Shown here one piece after another: positions 1-9,383 of a DNA stretch of 62,707 nt; positions within the stretch are counted from its first letter, which is position 1, and each line of letters starts with the position of its first letter. Both the position numbers and the translations under genes were made by a program. The DNA lies in contig JBEKMU010000007.1 in assembly GCA_049523555.1 (NCBI GenBank), positions 1 to 62,707 of the forward strand. Reading direction: 5' to 3'. The notes under the pieces are model-generated. The model was not told the origin of the DNA. It made no database searches and was given only the letters and a program-made list of their open reading frames with translations. The stretch is from Verrucomicrobiota bacterium. GTDB lineage: Bacteria; Verrucomicrobiota; Verrucomicrobiia; Limisphaerales; UBA11358.

Positions 1-164
1 CAACCGTGTTTCTGCACACGCTGGCCAAATTGGTCGTGGACATCCGGCAGACAGCTCCACCAGAACAGATTTTCCACCGGCCAGTTTTTCAACATCTGGC
101 GCACAACGACCGGCCCGCCACCGGAAGCATTGGGCGGGAATTCTGTGGCAACGAGCAACTTCAA
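1..164 (-). CDS. 5' part of probable glycosyltransferase (runs off window)
   Basis: Hand translation from TTG at 164: MKLLVATEFPPNASGGGPVVVRQMLKNWP..., a GT-B-like N-terminus; TTGA overlap with the stop of 161..958. Confidence 0.65.
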   Translation of the reverse strand, partial: MKLLVATEFPPNASGGGPVVVRQMLKNWPVENLFWWSCLPDVHDQFGQRVQKHG

Positions 165-958
165 GGGGCCGGTTTAACCTGGGTTGAAGCCGGTTTAACA
201 ACCACCAACATAATATGCTGGGCGAAAAGCGATGGCCACACCTTCTCCAGAAAACCCAGGCGCAACACGTAAGGCACTCTTTGTTTTAGCCTCATGCTGA
301 ATCCAACCAGCCTGCCAATCACCCACAAAGCGTCAAAAATCGAACACGAGGAATGAGGAATTACTTCAACCACTTCAAAACCAGCGGCTCGCATGAGCTT
401 CTTGAACTCCCGAAGGCTAAAAAATCGAATATGTGCGCCGGCAAATGGATTGTTGATATAGTCGTACGCTGAGTTTCTTACCCGCGCCCGGAATAGAGCT
501 TCCAGTCGGTCACCAAAATAGCCAAAATTAGGCACGCTGGCTACAAGACACGCCCCGGGTTTTAGAACTCGGCAAATCTCCTTTGCCGTAAACAAAGGAT
601 CAAAAAGATGCTCCAACACCTCGATGCAGGTTGCCCCATCAAAGGAATTGTCTTCGTACGGAAAGCGCTCAGAGTCGAATTTCACAACCGATGCCTTAAG
701 ACCAACCGATTGAGCCTGCTCAACTCCCCGGCTGCTGACATCCATCGCATAAAGCTCGTGAACGTTGTTGAGGAGTTGACGGTGGTAAGTAGTTGCATCA
801 CCGCACCCAACATCGATGACTTTTTCCTTGCCAGAAAATCGACCGAGTTTCCTCTCGAACTCGCCATCGGCCCAAGGCTTGATCTCGGGCGTCCAAGTAG
901 CATTGTCACCCCGATCCCAATAATGATCATAGTAGGACTGTGTTTCTGACTTGCTCAT
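161..958 (-). CDS. class I SAM-dependent methyltransferase (Methyltransf_11-like)
   Basis: IDVGCGD motif I, FPYEDNSFD, EVLEHL, LKPG, HIRFFS. Confidence 0.9.
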   Translation of the reverse strand: MSKSETQSYYDHYWDRGDNATWTPEIKPWADGEFERKLGRFSGKEKVIDVGCGDATTYHRQLLNNVHELYAMDVSSRGVEQAQSVGLKASVVKFDSERFPYEDNSFDGATCIEVLEHLFDPLFTAKEICRVLKPGACLVASVPNFGYFGDRLEALFRARVRNSAYDYINNPFAGAHIRFFSLREFKKLMRAAGFEVVEVIPHSSCSIFDALWVIGRLVGFSMRLKQRVPYVLRLGFLEKVWPSLFAQHIMLVVVKPASTQVKPAP

Positions 959-1230
959 AAAGTTAGGACTTTATTCCGGCTGCGACGACGGAAAAAGAAA
1001 AAAGCGGCAGCCATAAGGAACTGACGCAGGCCGGGATTGAGACAGGCAGACAGGCGCGGCATTTCGCCCACCCGCAATATGTTCTTGATCTGGCACAGCG
1101 GCCATTTGCAGGCAACCACCGTGAATGTACTGAGAATAAGGAAATTCGCCACCCAGCCGAACATTTTCTCGCGGCAGTGATAGACATCACGCGGAGTATT
1201 GGACAGACAGGCCTGACAGATATTATTCAT
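955..1230 (-). pseudogene. remnant of Zn-ribbon N-terminus of a class I methyltransferase
   Basis: MNNICQAC...YHCREKMFG, then a frameshift into GEFPYSQYIHGGCLQMAAVP; no SAM domain follows. Confidence 0.55.
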
Positions 1231-2063
1231 TTTTGCCCGCCGCGGTTTCGCTGTTGCCGCCAGAACTCAAGGCACATCTGGGCGTGATAGATTGCTCCGC
1301 CAATGGCAACGAGTGGGGAAATTTTTTTTTCAACTTTCCATTGGCTGCGCAGCCCGCGGAACGTCCCCATGACCAGCCTTTTTAGAGCCGTCCGGAGCGG
1401 ATGCTGCCGGATTTGCTCCCATTCCACCGGCCATTCTTCATTTTCCCAACGCCAGCAGGCAAGATCCGTGGGCCTGCCCAATAAGGAGGCGGTTATGAAT
1501 GCACGCCCGCGAGGATGTTTTGTAAGTGCATTATACAGACTATAGGCTTTTCCCTTTGGTTGGTGATGCAGCACGAGATCCAATGGTTCATATTTGCCAT
1601 CGGGAATTGGCACTTGCTCTCCCATTCCAAAAAAGCGCACGCGCTGCTTGTGAAAGAGAAAAATCCGGCCCGACGGCCACTTCTTCGAGACCATTCTCTG
1701 TCCATCCCACAACGGCCAGATGCAGGTGAACCCGGAAATTTCTTCCGGCGGCTCGGGAGCGCGGCGGAATTCCTGCAGCCAGATTTTCATCTCTTCGCTG
1801 GGAAATTCATCCGCATCCAGCCGCAGAATCCAATCGTGTTTCGCCTGTCCCCAGGCAAACGGCCAGTGCGGTTCCTGCGAAGCGGCGGGTGGCCTTTCAA
1901 AAAACTGGCCGCCGACGGCTTCAACCACCGACCGCACGTCCTGCACATCAGGAATGTCGTGCTCTACCACCAAATCGTCGTAACAATTGCGTGATTCCCG
2001 CAACAGCCGTTCCAGCAGATCGCGTTGACGATGCACACAAACAACCAGAGATATGGCGGGCAT
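1227..2063 (-). CDS. glycosyltransferase family 2
   Basis: ISLVVCVH N-terminus, AKHDWILRLDADE (DxD). Confidence 0.85.
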   Translation of the reverse strand: MPAISLVVCVHRQRDLLERLLRESRNCYDDLVVEHDIPDVQDVRSVVEAVGGQFFERPPAASQEPHWPFAWGQAKHDWILRLDADEFPSEEMKIWLQEFRRAPEPPEEISGFTCIWPLWDGQRMVSKKWPSGRIFLFHKQRVRFFGMGEQVPIPDGKYEPLDLVLHHQPKGKAYSLYNALTKHPRGRAFITASLLGRPTDLACWRWENEEWPVEWEQIRQHPLRTALKRLVMGTFRGLRSQWKVEKKISPLVAIGGAIYHAQMCLEFWRQQRNRGGQK

Positions 2064-2066
2064 AAA

Positions 2067-2139
2067 TCAGCGGTGATTTTTTCTGAATTGGTGAAGGCGC
2101 ACGCGATAATAAAAAGGGCGCAGGGCGAGTTGTTCAAGC
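2067..2139 (-). repeat. displaced copy of GT4 3' end (direct repeat with 3343..3403)
   Basis: 2079..2139 matches 3343..3403 at 59/61 bp; encodes LEQLALRPFYYRVRLHQFRKNHR*. Confidence 0.95.
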
Positions 2140-2146
2140 AAAATGG

Positions 2147-3319
2147 TCAAGCATGTCGAAAATACGAACGCAATCTGAATAAAGGACGCTCCAAACCATA
2201 ATACGATATGATTGCGACTGCAAATGTCGGAATCAGCCAATACCATGCCCAAGATGAATTTTGGACATCCTTCCATTGTTCCGTTCCCATCCATGGCCGA
2301 GACCAAAATATCTGCTGCCAAATGTAGAGCGAATAGGAAAGCACGCCAATCCAACCTACCCATTTCCAGTTCAGTATGCGATAGACGCACCAGTCAGGAT
2401 CGATTAGGCTGTGCAAGAGAAGAAGAGAAAATCCCAACGCCTGAAAGCTTTGTCCAAAGGGCAACAAAACAATCCTAGCAACCGTGGTTATAGTAAGATT
2501 TGTAAAGACATGAGGCATCACATGAGGCGCCAGATGAGGCGTCACCACCAGCAACAGTGCGGCAACAAACATCACCCCTCGCCTTTGTTTGAAAATGCTT
2601 GCAACAAGATTCTGTTTATTGGCGAGTAAAATGGCGCACAAGCAGCCGAACGCCAAGCTGTCAAAATAGCAAAAGAACGAACCAAAAGAAAACACCCTTT
2701 CTAGAAATGCGGGTTTAAGGTGAATTCCGTTCAGACCACGCAAAAGATGCTGATGACTTTTACAAAAAATATAATTACCCACCCGGAAAATTGGTGCGGT
2801 ACAAATCGGAATTGCCAGAATAATAGCCTTTACACGAATACTGCGTCTGCTCAACAAAACAAGCAGGCTGGGCCAAATCAAATAAAATTGTGCCTCAACG
2901 GAAAGCACCCATATATGTGCACTTGTGAAAGAAGCATCCATAAAATTTCTGGTAAAAGTCAACATTCCAAGCCAGCCGGCCGTTGTTTCCTTAAATTGTG
3001 TAAATAACTGGAGTCCCAACAACACAAGAACGAACATGTAATAAACTGGAAGAATACGTAAAAAACGGCGCACATAAAAATATTTAAGATTTATCCGTCT
3101 TGATTGATTCGTTTCCTGTAGCAGCAGCCATGTGATCAGGAATCCACTGATCACAAAAAAAAAGCGGACACCAAGATTGCCATCAAAAATCCAGTGAAAG
3201 AGCGGCTTTTCTGTATCAGAAACAAACCAGCCTGTATGCTCCCCCAACACCATCAAGATGCTTAATGCTCGCCAGCCATCCAAAGATGGTAATCGGGATG
3301 AAGTTGAGCAATTTCTCAT
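2147..3319 (-). CDS. acyltransferase family 3 (OafA-like O-acyltransferase)
   Basis: LDGWRALSIL, GVRFFFVISGFLI, RRFLRILP, HIWVLSVEAQFY, SYSLYIWQ, SYYGLERP. Confidence 0.93.
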   Translation of the reverse strand: MRNCSTSSRLPSLDGWRALSILMVLGEHTGWFVSDTEKPLFHWIFDGNLGVRFFFVISGFLITWLLLQETNQSRRINLKYFYVRRFLRILPVYYMFVLVLLGLQLFTQFKETTAGWLGMLTFTRNFMDASFTSAHIWVLSVEAQFYLIWPSLLVLLSRRSIRVKAIILAIPICTAPIFRVGNYIFCKSHQHLLRGLNGIHLKPAFLERVFSFGSFFCYFDSLAFGCLCAILLANKQNLVASIFKQRRGVMFVAALLLVVTPHLAPHVMPHVFTNLTITTVARIVLLPFGQSFQALGFSLLLLHSLIDPDWCVYRILNWKWVGWIGVLSYSLYIWQQIFWSRPWMGTEQWKDVQNSSWAWYWLIPTFAVAIISYYGLERPLFRLRSYFRHA

Positions 3320-4578
3320 GAATTGGAATCCATGTAAAAAGATTTTCTGAATTGACGAAGGCGCACGCGATAATAAAAAGGGCGCAGGGCGAGTTGTTCA
3401 AGCCAAGAATGGCCGAATTGGTGCGCATCCAGATAGGCGGCTGTGGCCCGCGCCCGTGCCAAATCTTCGGCGGCAAAGGGATTGTCGCGTTTTTCCACGA
3501 CCGCACGCAGAACGGCCTCCAGCCGCGCTATGGATGTGTCCGGATCCGCCAGCGTCCGGATGTGTTGCCGCGCGGCGGCCCCGAATTTCCGGCGGAGCAC
3601 GGTGTCATTGGCCAGCGTCAAAATCGCATCCGCCATCGTGGCCGGGGTGCTGGCGACAAAGCCGCATTCGCCATGCCGCACCAACTCGATCTGCGCCTGG
3701 TCGAACCACGGCACGGAATGGGTGATGACCGGCTTGCCCAAGTTCATCGGTTCGGCGATGCCGTAACCGAAACTTTCACCAATCAGGGAGGTGTGCAGTA
3801 CCCCGTCGAGCGCTGCCAAGGTCAGGCGCAGCTCTTCGGCATCGGCGGTGGCCGGCAAAATGATGAAATGCCGCGCGTCAGCGGAGGCACGCAATTTTTC
3901 AGCAATGAATGGTGGCGGCTCGCGCAGGAGCAGTTTTATTTTCCGGTTCCGCCGCAGCGCCTTTTGAAAGGCATCCAAGGCAAGGTTGGTCCATTTGTTG
4001 GGCTCCGGCCGCGAGAGCCGGCCAAAAAGAACTTCATCGTCAGCCACACCGAGTTGTTTTCGGAAGGCGGCGATTTCGGCGGCGGACGGCGGTTCCACCG
4101 GGTCCACCGGATAGACCGCCACACTGCATCGCCTGAAAAACTCCCCATCCAGCCGTCGGAATGTGCGCCGCGCCGCTTGCACGCACGCCGTCCATGAGAT
4201 GAACAGCCGGAAATCCGTCCAGGCGTCTTCACGTGGGTTTTGCCGCTTCCCGAAAATATTGGTTTGCACGACGGGAATTTTTCGGGGCAGCAGTGCCAGC
4301 GCTTCTCCAAGTATGTCTCCTTCGTGGGGATGGCCGGGTGCATGCGCATGAACAACTTCCGGCGAAATCTCCCGAAGCCTGTCGGCAATCACCCGCGCGG
4401 AGGTGCTGATAACTTGCACGGGCACATTGTGCTGTTCCAGTTCGGCGCGACGTGGCCCATCCATCAAAGTGAGCATCGTGACGTGGTGGCCGCGCTCCTT
4501 CAAACCCCACGCCCAACGGCCAGCCGCTTTTTCGGTGCCGCCCAGCCCCAGAATGTTCACAAAAGAGACGACTTTCAT
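3316..4578 (-). CDS. glycosyltransferase family 4
   Basis: MKVVSFVNILGLGGTEKAA start, ESFGYGIAEPMNLGKPVI (EX7E). Confidence 0.9.
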   Translation of the reverse strand: MKVVSFVNILGLGGTEKAAGRWAWGLKERGHHVTMLTLMDGPRRAELEQHNVPVQVISTSARVIADRLREISPEVVHAHAPGHPHEGDILGEALALLPRKIPVVQTNIFGKRQNPREDAWTDFRLFISWTACVQAARRTFRRLDGEFFRRCSVAVYPVDPVEPPSAAEIAAFRKQLGVADDEVLFGRLSRPEPNKWTNLALDAFQKALRRNRKIKLLLREPPPFIAEKLRASADARHFIILPATADAEELRLTLAALDGVLHTSLIGESFGYGIAEPMNLGKPVITHSVPWFDQAQIELVRHGECGFVASTPATMADAILTLANDTVLRRKFGAAARQHIRTLADPDTSIARLEAVLRAVVEKRDNPFAAEDLARARATAAYLDAHQFGHSWLEQLALRPFYYRVRLRQFRKSFYMDSNS

Positions 4579-4658
4579 GTTGGACAGGTGTTGTGCTGTG
4601 AGCAGCAAGCCAGACCCGGAATTTCCCGCCGGCACGGGTTCATTGCCACTGGTAAGAA

Positions 4659-5387
4659 TTATCCATACCAATCAATAATTCCCGTGCCCGTCCAGTGCCC
4701 GAATGACGTAAGATCGAGCTTTGGTTTTGTGATGCCGCGCCATATGGAGAGCATGTTCCACTGGCGAATGTCGTCAAAAAGCACAAGGGCATTCGATGGC
4801 AAGTGGATCGTGGACAAATGTTGCAGGAACGTCTGTTCAAAAACGATATTTTTGGGCGCATCAACGAACAGCAGATCGCAGCCAGATAGCGTTTCAGCAA
4901 AGTTGGCAAAGAAAGTGGCGTTGCCGAGATCCCCGATGACCTGGCGCAATTTGCCATCTTCAAAATCGGAGGAGCGCAATGCGCTGTCCTTGATCTCATT
5001 CCATGGGATAATATCAATGGTGATGAGTTCGCTGCCCGGCGGCAAGCTGCCCTTCATTGAGAGGGCGCTCAATCCTTGAAACGTGCCAATCTCGATTATT
5101 TTTTTGGGCTTTTGGGCAATGACCAGGCCGGCAAGCAATTTGTAATGTTCCCCCGGCCAAACATCCGGGTAATAAAGTGGGGCAACCATGCGTTTCGATA
5201 CCCACGACAAGTCCACGCGACGGGCTTGTTCGATGGCCTTTAAGGAAATATCCAAAAGCCGTTCGTTCGGGCGACCCGAATCGTCATCTATGGATGCGAT
5301 TGTCGAATACTCGATGTGCCGACAGTTGAACGGCAATGGCAGACTCCAGCGCAAAGCCCTGCCTTTTAATCTGGCAATCAGGTTCAT
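4659..5387 (-). CDS. class I SAM methyltransferase (Methyltransf_24/O-methyltransferase-like)
   Basis: IIEIGTFQGLS, DLLFVDAPK, VLFDDI. Confidence 0.85.
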   Translation of the reverse strand: MNLIARLKGRALRWSLPLPFNCRHIEYSTIASIDDDSGRPNERLLDISLKAIEQARRVDLSWVSKRMVAPLYYPDVWPGEHYKLLAGLVIAQKPKKIIEIGTFQGLSALSMKGSLPPGSELITIDIIPWNEIKDSALRSSDFEDGKLRQVIGDLGNATFFANFAETLSGCDLLFVDAPKNIVFEQTFLQHLSTIHLPSNALVLFDDIRQWNMLSIWRGITKPKLDLTSFGHWTGTGIIDWYG

Positions 5388-5524
5388 GCGTTCTTCTTTG
5401 GAAAGTTATCGTGATGCCTGCAATAAACAAGCGTTGAATAATAAAGCACCTGGTGAGGTGGCGATTGTGCCAAATATGATGTCGGGAAAATGCGGTTTTT
5501 ACTGAACTGAAACGCGAACAAATA

Positions 5525-5577
5525 TTTTGCGAATTTGGCGGCGCAAGATTCACGCCGCCACCAGCCCGCCATGCAAA
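5525..5577 (-). pseudogene. copy of Wzx flippase 3' end
   Basis: 5542..5576 matches 9468..9502 at 33/35 bp; LHGGLVAA*ILRR versus LHGGLVAAWILRR. Confidence 0.9.
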
Positions 5578-5813
5578 GTGGCGTGAATGACATCAGGCTG
5601 GATCTCCCGCAAAACTCCGGCGATTTTATCAGCGGAAATCCCGACCACCCGAGCTGGAACGTGATGTTGTTCCAATTCAATCCGGCGCGGCCCGTCCGCC
5701 AGCGTCAACACCGTTACCTGATTGACGCGCTCCTTCATTCCCCAAGCCCAGCGGAAGGCCGCCTTCTCGGTGCCGCCCAGCCCAAGGTTGTTCAGGAAGA
5801 TGATGATTTTCAC
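5578..5813 (-). pseudogene. truncated 5' copy of the GT4 gene
   Basis: VKIIIFLNNLGLGGTEKAAFRWAWGMKER...PDVIHA, homologous to the N-terminus of 3316..4578 and fused to the flippase fragment. Confidence 0.9.
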
Positions 5814-6054
5814 GTGGCAAGCACGCAGTTTATTCACACCAGACGTGATAGGAAAACTTTGAATCCGGCGAATCGAAATCATCGAAAAATGAAACGGCTT
5901 AGCCCGCCGCATGGCTGTCGCCCAGCCGTGCAATGGCTGGTGTCTGTTTAGCCCTCATCGGGTGGACAAGTTTATTCAGCTTTATTGTATTGCTGTAAAT
6001 ACCAAACCTCGCTTGAGATTGCCTGAGGCCAGTACCTGTTAAAGAGTGAATTTT

Positions 6055-6882
6055 CTAATAGGCCGCATTGGGTTCCAGCAAATGCGCAACCTCCGGACTG
6101 GCTGCGATATAATTAAGCCCCAGAAAATCGTCATCTTCGAAGCGATATTCCCGGAACCTTATAGATGTTGGAAGCAATTTCCCGACCTTATAGCCGCGAT
6201 CCGAAAAATAAGCGTAATAATCCCGCAATAGAAATTTGGTGACTATATTCACCATGCCATATTCAAATTGAATAACAGGCACGACCTTGGGGGTGATCAA
6301 ATTACCAAAACCATGAAGCACAAGATGCTCTGCTCCCTCCACGTCCACTTTCAGCAAATCCATCCCGGTGATGCCCCGATCAGCGCAATAATCCATGCCG
6401 CGCATGACTCGCGCTTTGATTGTTTCGTTGTTTTGGGAACATACAACCTCGAACATGGAGCTTAATTCATCCCACTCCCGGCAATATTTCACTTCAATTT
6501 CCCCCGCCGAATCTGAAAGACCAATCGCGTTTAAGACAATCTGTTGGTTTGTTGAAAACCGGGCGGAGAGTTTTTCATAAGTGGGCGGGCAAAGTTCAAA
6601 GCAGTGAATGATGGCGCGAGGGTTAACCGCCAGGACTGAAGAGGCCCAATTGCCATGATTCGCCCCGACATCAAAAACGGTTTGAAGCAGGTTGCGCCGT
6701 GCCAACGCACTCAAAAACCATCGCTCGCCATTGGAATCAAAATCGCCATTGGAATTCTCATGAATCCGATGATAGGTGACGCAAATTGAATCAAGTTTTC
6801 GCCCCACAACTGGACTTGCGTCCAAGGCAGACATGAGCCGTCTTGCGGTTCGTTTCAAAGTATTGCGAAATGGCAGCGGCAT
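6055..6882 (-). CDS. FkbM family methyltransferase
   Basis: VFDVGANHG, FE, LLKVDVEGAE, IQFEY. Confidence 0.92.
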   Translation of the reverse strand: MPLPFRNTLKRTARRLMSALDASPVVGRKLDSICVTYHRIHENSNGDFDSNGERWFLSALARRNLLQTVFDVGANHGNWASSVLAVNPRAIIHCFELCPPTYEKLSARFSTNQQIVLNAIGLSDSAGEIEVKYCREWDELSSMFEVVCSQNNETIKARVMRGMDYCADRGITGMDLLKVDVEGAEHLVLHGFGNLITPKVVPVIQFEYGMVNIVTKFLLRDYYAYFSDRGYKVGKLLPTSIRFREYRFEDDDFLGLNYIAASPEVAHLLEPNAAY

Positions 6883-6984
6883 TTAATATAGAGGTGTATT
6901 TCAGTCCGACCGAGCGATACTAAACAACAAGGCGGTAATGATGCAAATGGATTTTCCTTAATGGGTTTGTGAAATTGGAGAAAA

Positions 6985-7346
6985 ACTGGAAATCCGTCCA
7001 GTCGTCCTCCTTTGGGTTTTCCAACCGGCCAAAGACATTGGTTTGAACGACGGGAATTTTTTTCAGCGCCTCACCCAGCACGTCGCCCGTGTGCGGCTGG
7101 CCGGGAACATGGGCGTGGACGACGTTAGGCTGTAGTTCCGGTAAAATCCTGGCAATGACCCGCACGGATTTTTCCATGATTCGAACGGAAAGGTCGTGTT
7201 GTTCCAATTCGGCCCGGCGCAGACCGTCGTCCAATGTCAGCACCGTGATCTCGTGACCACGTTTCTTCAAACCACAAGCCCAGCGGCAGCCGGCCTTTTC
7301 CTTGCCCCTCAGGCAAAGACCGTTCAAAAAAAACCAGGATCCGCAC
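6985..7346 (-). pseudogene. second truncated, frameshifted 5' copy of the GT4 gene
   Basis: VRILVF (frameshift in A8 run 7326-7333) LNGLCLRGKEKAGCRWACGLKKRGH...KIPVVQTNVFGRLENPKEDDWTDF. Confidence 0.9.
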
Positions 7347-7356
7347 AAATTTACAA

Positions 7357-8460
7357 TCAGCCTAAATTGTAGGTGATTGAATCGCCCCGTTTGTTTGCCG
7401 GCGTGTAGGCGGGGCATATCCGGCAGCACTCGGGCAAATTGCCCTTGGACCAATCATCCATTTTTGCCAAAAGTGCCTGGTTGAGGTCCAAACCCGGCGT
7501 ATCGGCCGATCCCAGATAAAACCAACTTTGCTCCTGCTTGAAGGAATCGCTTATTGAACAGTAGCAACAATACCATTTCCCCGTGGGGGCGCAGGCGAGC
7601 TTGCCCAAATGGGCGCAAGGCATGGTCATCAAAGGCGTAGTGTCAAGATGGCGCGCGAGCTTGAGGTACTTGGGTTGCTGGCCGGAGATCGCCAGAATGT
7701 CGTGATAAACATCAACGTACTCGACTTCGTTGATCAGATGTTTGAACCGCCCCAGGAAGGCGACGTTTTCCGGATGTTTTTTTACCTTCCCGGAATCCAG
7801 TGCCCGATACCACAGGGCAATGAAGACATTCGATTTGAGCCGTTCCTTGGCGGCGAGCAAGGCTTGCACTCCATTGTAAACCTTGTCCCAGGCATCAATT
7901 TTGTACAACTGAAGATAATCCTCCCGGCCCCAGGCGCCGAACGAAACATTAATCCGGGAAACATTCGTGACAAGCCAAATATAGGTGTTGGGCAGTTCTT
8001 TTCTGGTTTTGCGGATGCGGGGGATCAGTTGGGGATCAATGAATGCCTCCCCGAGGTAGGGGGTAAAATCAACCAAGTCCACCTGCGCCTTTTTGGCCAA
8101 CGACAACGCCTTCTCAAAGAGGCCGTCACCCATCACCCGCCTGGGAAAATCCAAAATCGGATAGGAACAAAACGAACAACTGGCGTTGCAAATGCTGACC
8201 GTCTCAATGGTCACGGCCTTGTCAAATTTTCTTATCTCCAACTCCAGGACCCCGCAGAGACAGCGATGAATGTGTCCCAACAGATGCCGATGACGTTGAG
8301 GACACAGACCCGTCCTGAATCCAAAACCGAGGAGAAGCTTGAGGAAGTGCAACCAGTATTTTCGTATTCTCGGAAAACGAGAGAACAGGGAAAAAGCCTT
8401 TTCAAGCAGTCGCATGGCCACCGAATCTACAATTTCATCAGGAAAAGTCAAGTGTTTCAT
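7357..8460 (-). CDS. radical SAM protein with C-terminal SPASM/twitch-like Cys cluster
   Basis: CNASCSFC (CxxxCxxC), GEAF, C-terminal PCAH...CCYC...CCRIC. Confidence 0.8.
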   Translation of the reverse strand: MKHLTFPDEIVDSVAMRLLEKAFSLFSRFPRIRKYWLHFLKLLLGFGFRTGLCPQRHRHLLGHIHRCLCGVLELEIRKFDKAVTIETVSICNASCSFCSYPILDFPRRVMGDGLFEKALSLAKKAQVDLVDFTPYLGEAFIDPQLIPRIRKTRKELPNTYIWLVTNVSRINVSFGAWGREDYLQLYKIDAWDKVYNGVQALLAAKERLKSNVFIALWYRALDSGKVKKHPENVAFLGRFKHLINEVEYVDVYHDILAISGQQPKYLKLARHLDTTPLMTMPCAHLGKLACAPTGKWYCCYCSISDSFKQEQSWFYLGSADTPGLDLNQALLAKMDDWSKGNLPECCRICPAYTPANKRGDSITYNLG

Positions 8461-8519
8461 TCAATCGGCTGATGAAAGCTTCCGAATTGAATTCCAAGGT
8501 CACAATCCTTTCCCTTTCA

Positions 8520-9383
8520 TCACGCAAAACGACTATCCGGTTTTTGCACCACCACATGGCAACCATAAGGAAGGGCGCCGGGGGCAATTCCCGGCATGTT
8601 GGCGGAGGTTTGGACCATCCGCGCATTTTTCTGTTCAAAAAACCAGACCAAATCCTTCAGGCGGACGAGGTGAATGGCGTCGGCGTCAATCGAATAACCG
8701 GCGCCATGAAGCATGCCCGGCGCAAGATTCAGCCAGAAGGCACCCGGAGCACCGGCCCGGAGTCGCCTTTTCCAAAGCGGGGCGCGAATCTTCCAGTCCA
8801 TGAGATGCGAACAGGCATCGGCGAAATCCAACGTCCGCAGCTTTTCCCGGAACCGGCGGGGCGTGCGGCCAAAATAAATGCTCGGCGGAAAACCGGGGCT
8901 GTCTATGAATTCCGGACAATGAATGACAATCAATCCGCCAGGTTTGCAGTAACGCCACAGTGATTCGAGATAGGCCGGCGGGTCAACAACATGTTCCACA
9001 ACGCAAATGCTGGCAACAATGTCGAAGTCTTCCGCCATAGATGTGCCAAGCTGGAAAAAGCGCGCCTTGGGAAACCGTTGCCGGTTGTTTTGCAACAAAG
9101 CATCGCTATGATCCAGACCGGTATAAAAGCCGCCCTTTTCTTCAACATACTGGCAGAGATGCGCGGTGCCGCAGCCAACTTCCAGCACCGTCGCTCCCGA
9201 AAACACACGGCCAATCAAGTCCCAGTGGAATGGGTACTCTCCCGGATTGTATCTACCGGCAACCTGATCGGCTATCTGGTAATAGCTCGCCGGTGTGTTT
9301 TGATAGAAAGCAGTCATCGCCTGTTCCAATCCGGCAATCTGCTCCGGCGAAAGTTCGGCGCGGCGGCACAACTGGAGGCTCAT
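8520..9383 (-). CDS. class I SAM-dependent methyltransferase
   Basis: VLEVGCGTAH, VVEHVVDP, KPGG. Confidence 0.88.
   Translation of the reverse strand: MSLQLCRRAELSPEQIAGLEQAMTAFYQNTPASYYQIADQVAGRYNPGEYPFHWDLIGRVFSGATVLEVGCGTAHLCQYVEEKGGFYTGLDHSDALLQNNRQRFPKARFFQLGTSMAEDFDIVASICVVEHVVDPPAYLESLWRYCKPGGLIVIHCPEFIDSPGFPPSIYFGRTPRRFREKLRTLDFADACSHLMDWKIRAPLWKRRLRAGAPGAFWLNLAPGMLHGAGYSIDADAIHLVRLKDLVWFFEQKNARMVQTSANMPGIAPGALPYGCHVVVQKPDSRFA

Noticed and set aside
2079-3403. Gene-end repeats as a diversity-generating retroelement TR/VR pair
   Set aside because: Mismatches are not adenine-specific, the repeats are short, and no reverse transcriptase is present.
6920-6985. NPLRKI as another wzx 3' fragment after the second GT4 stub
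   Set aside because: The similarity is too short to distinguish from chance.
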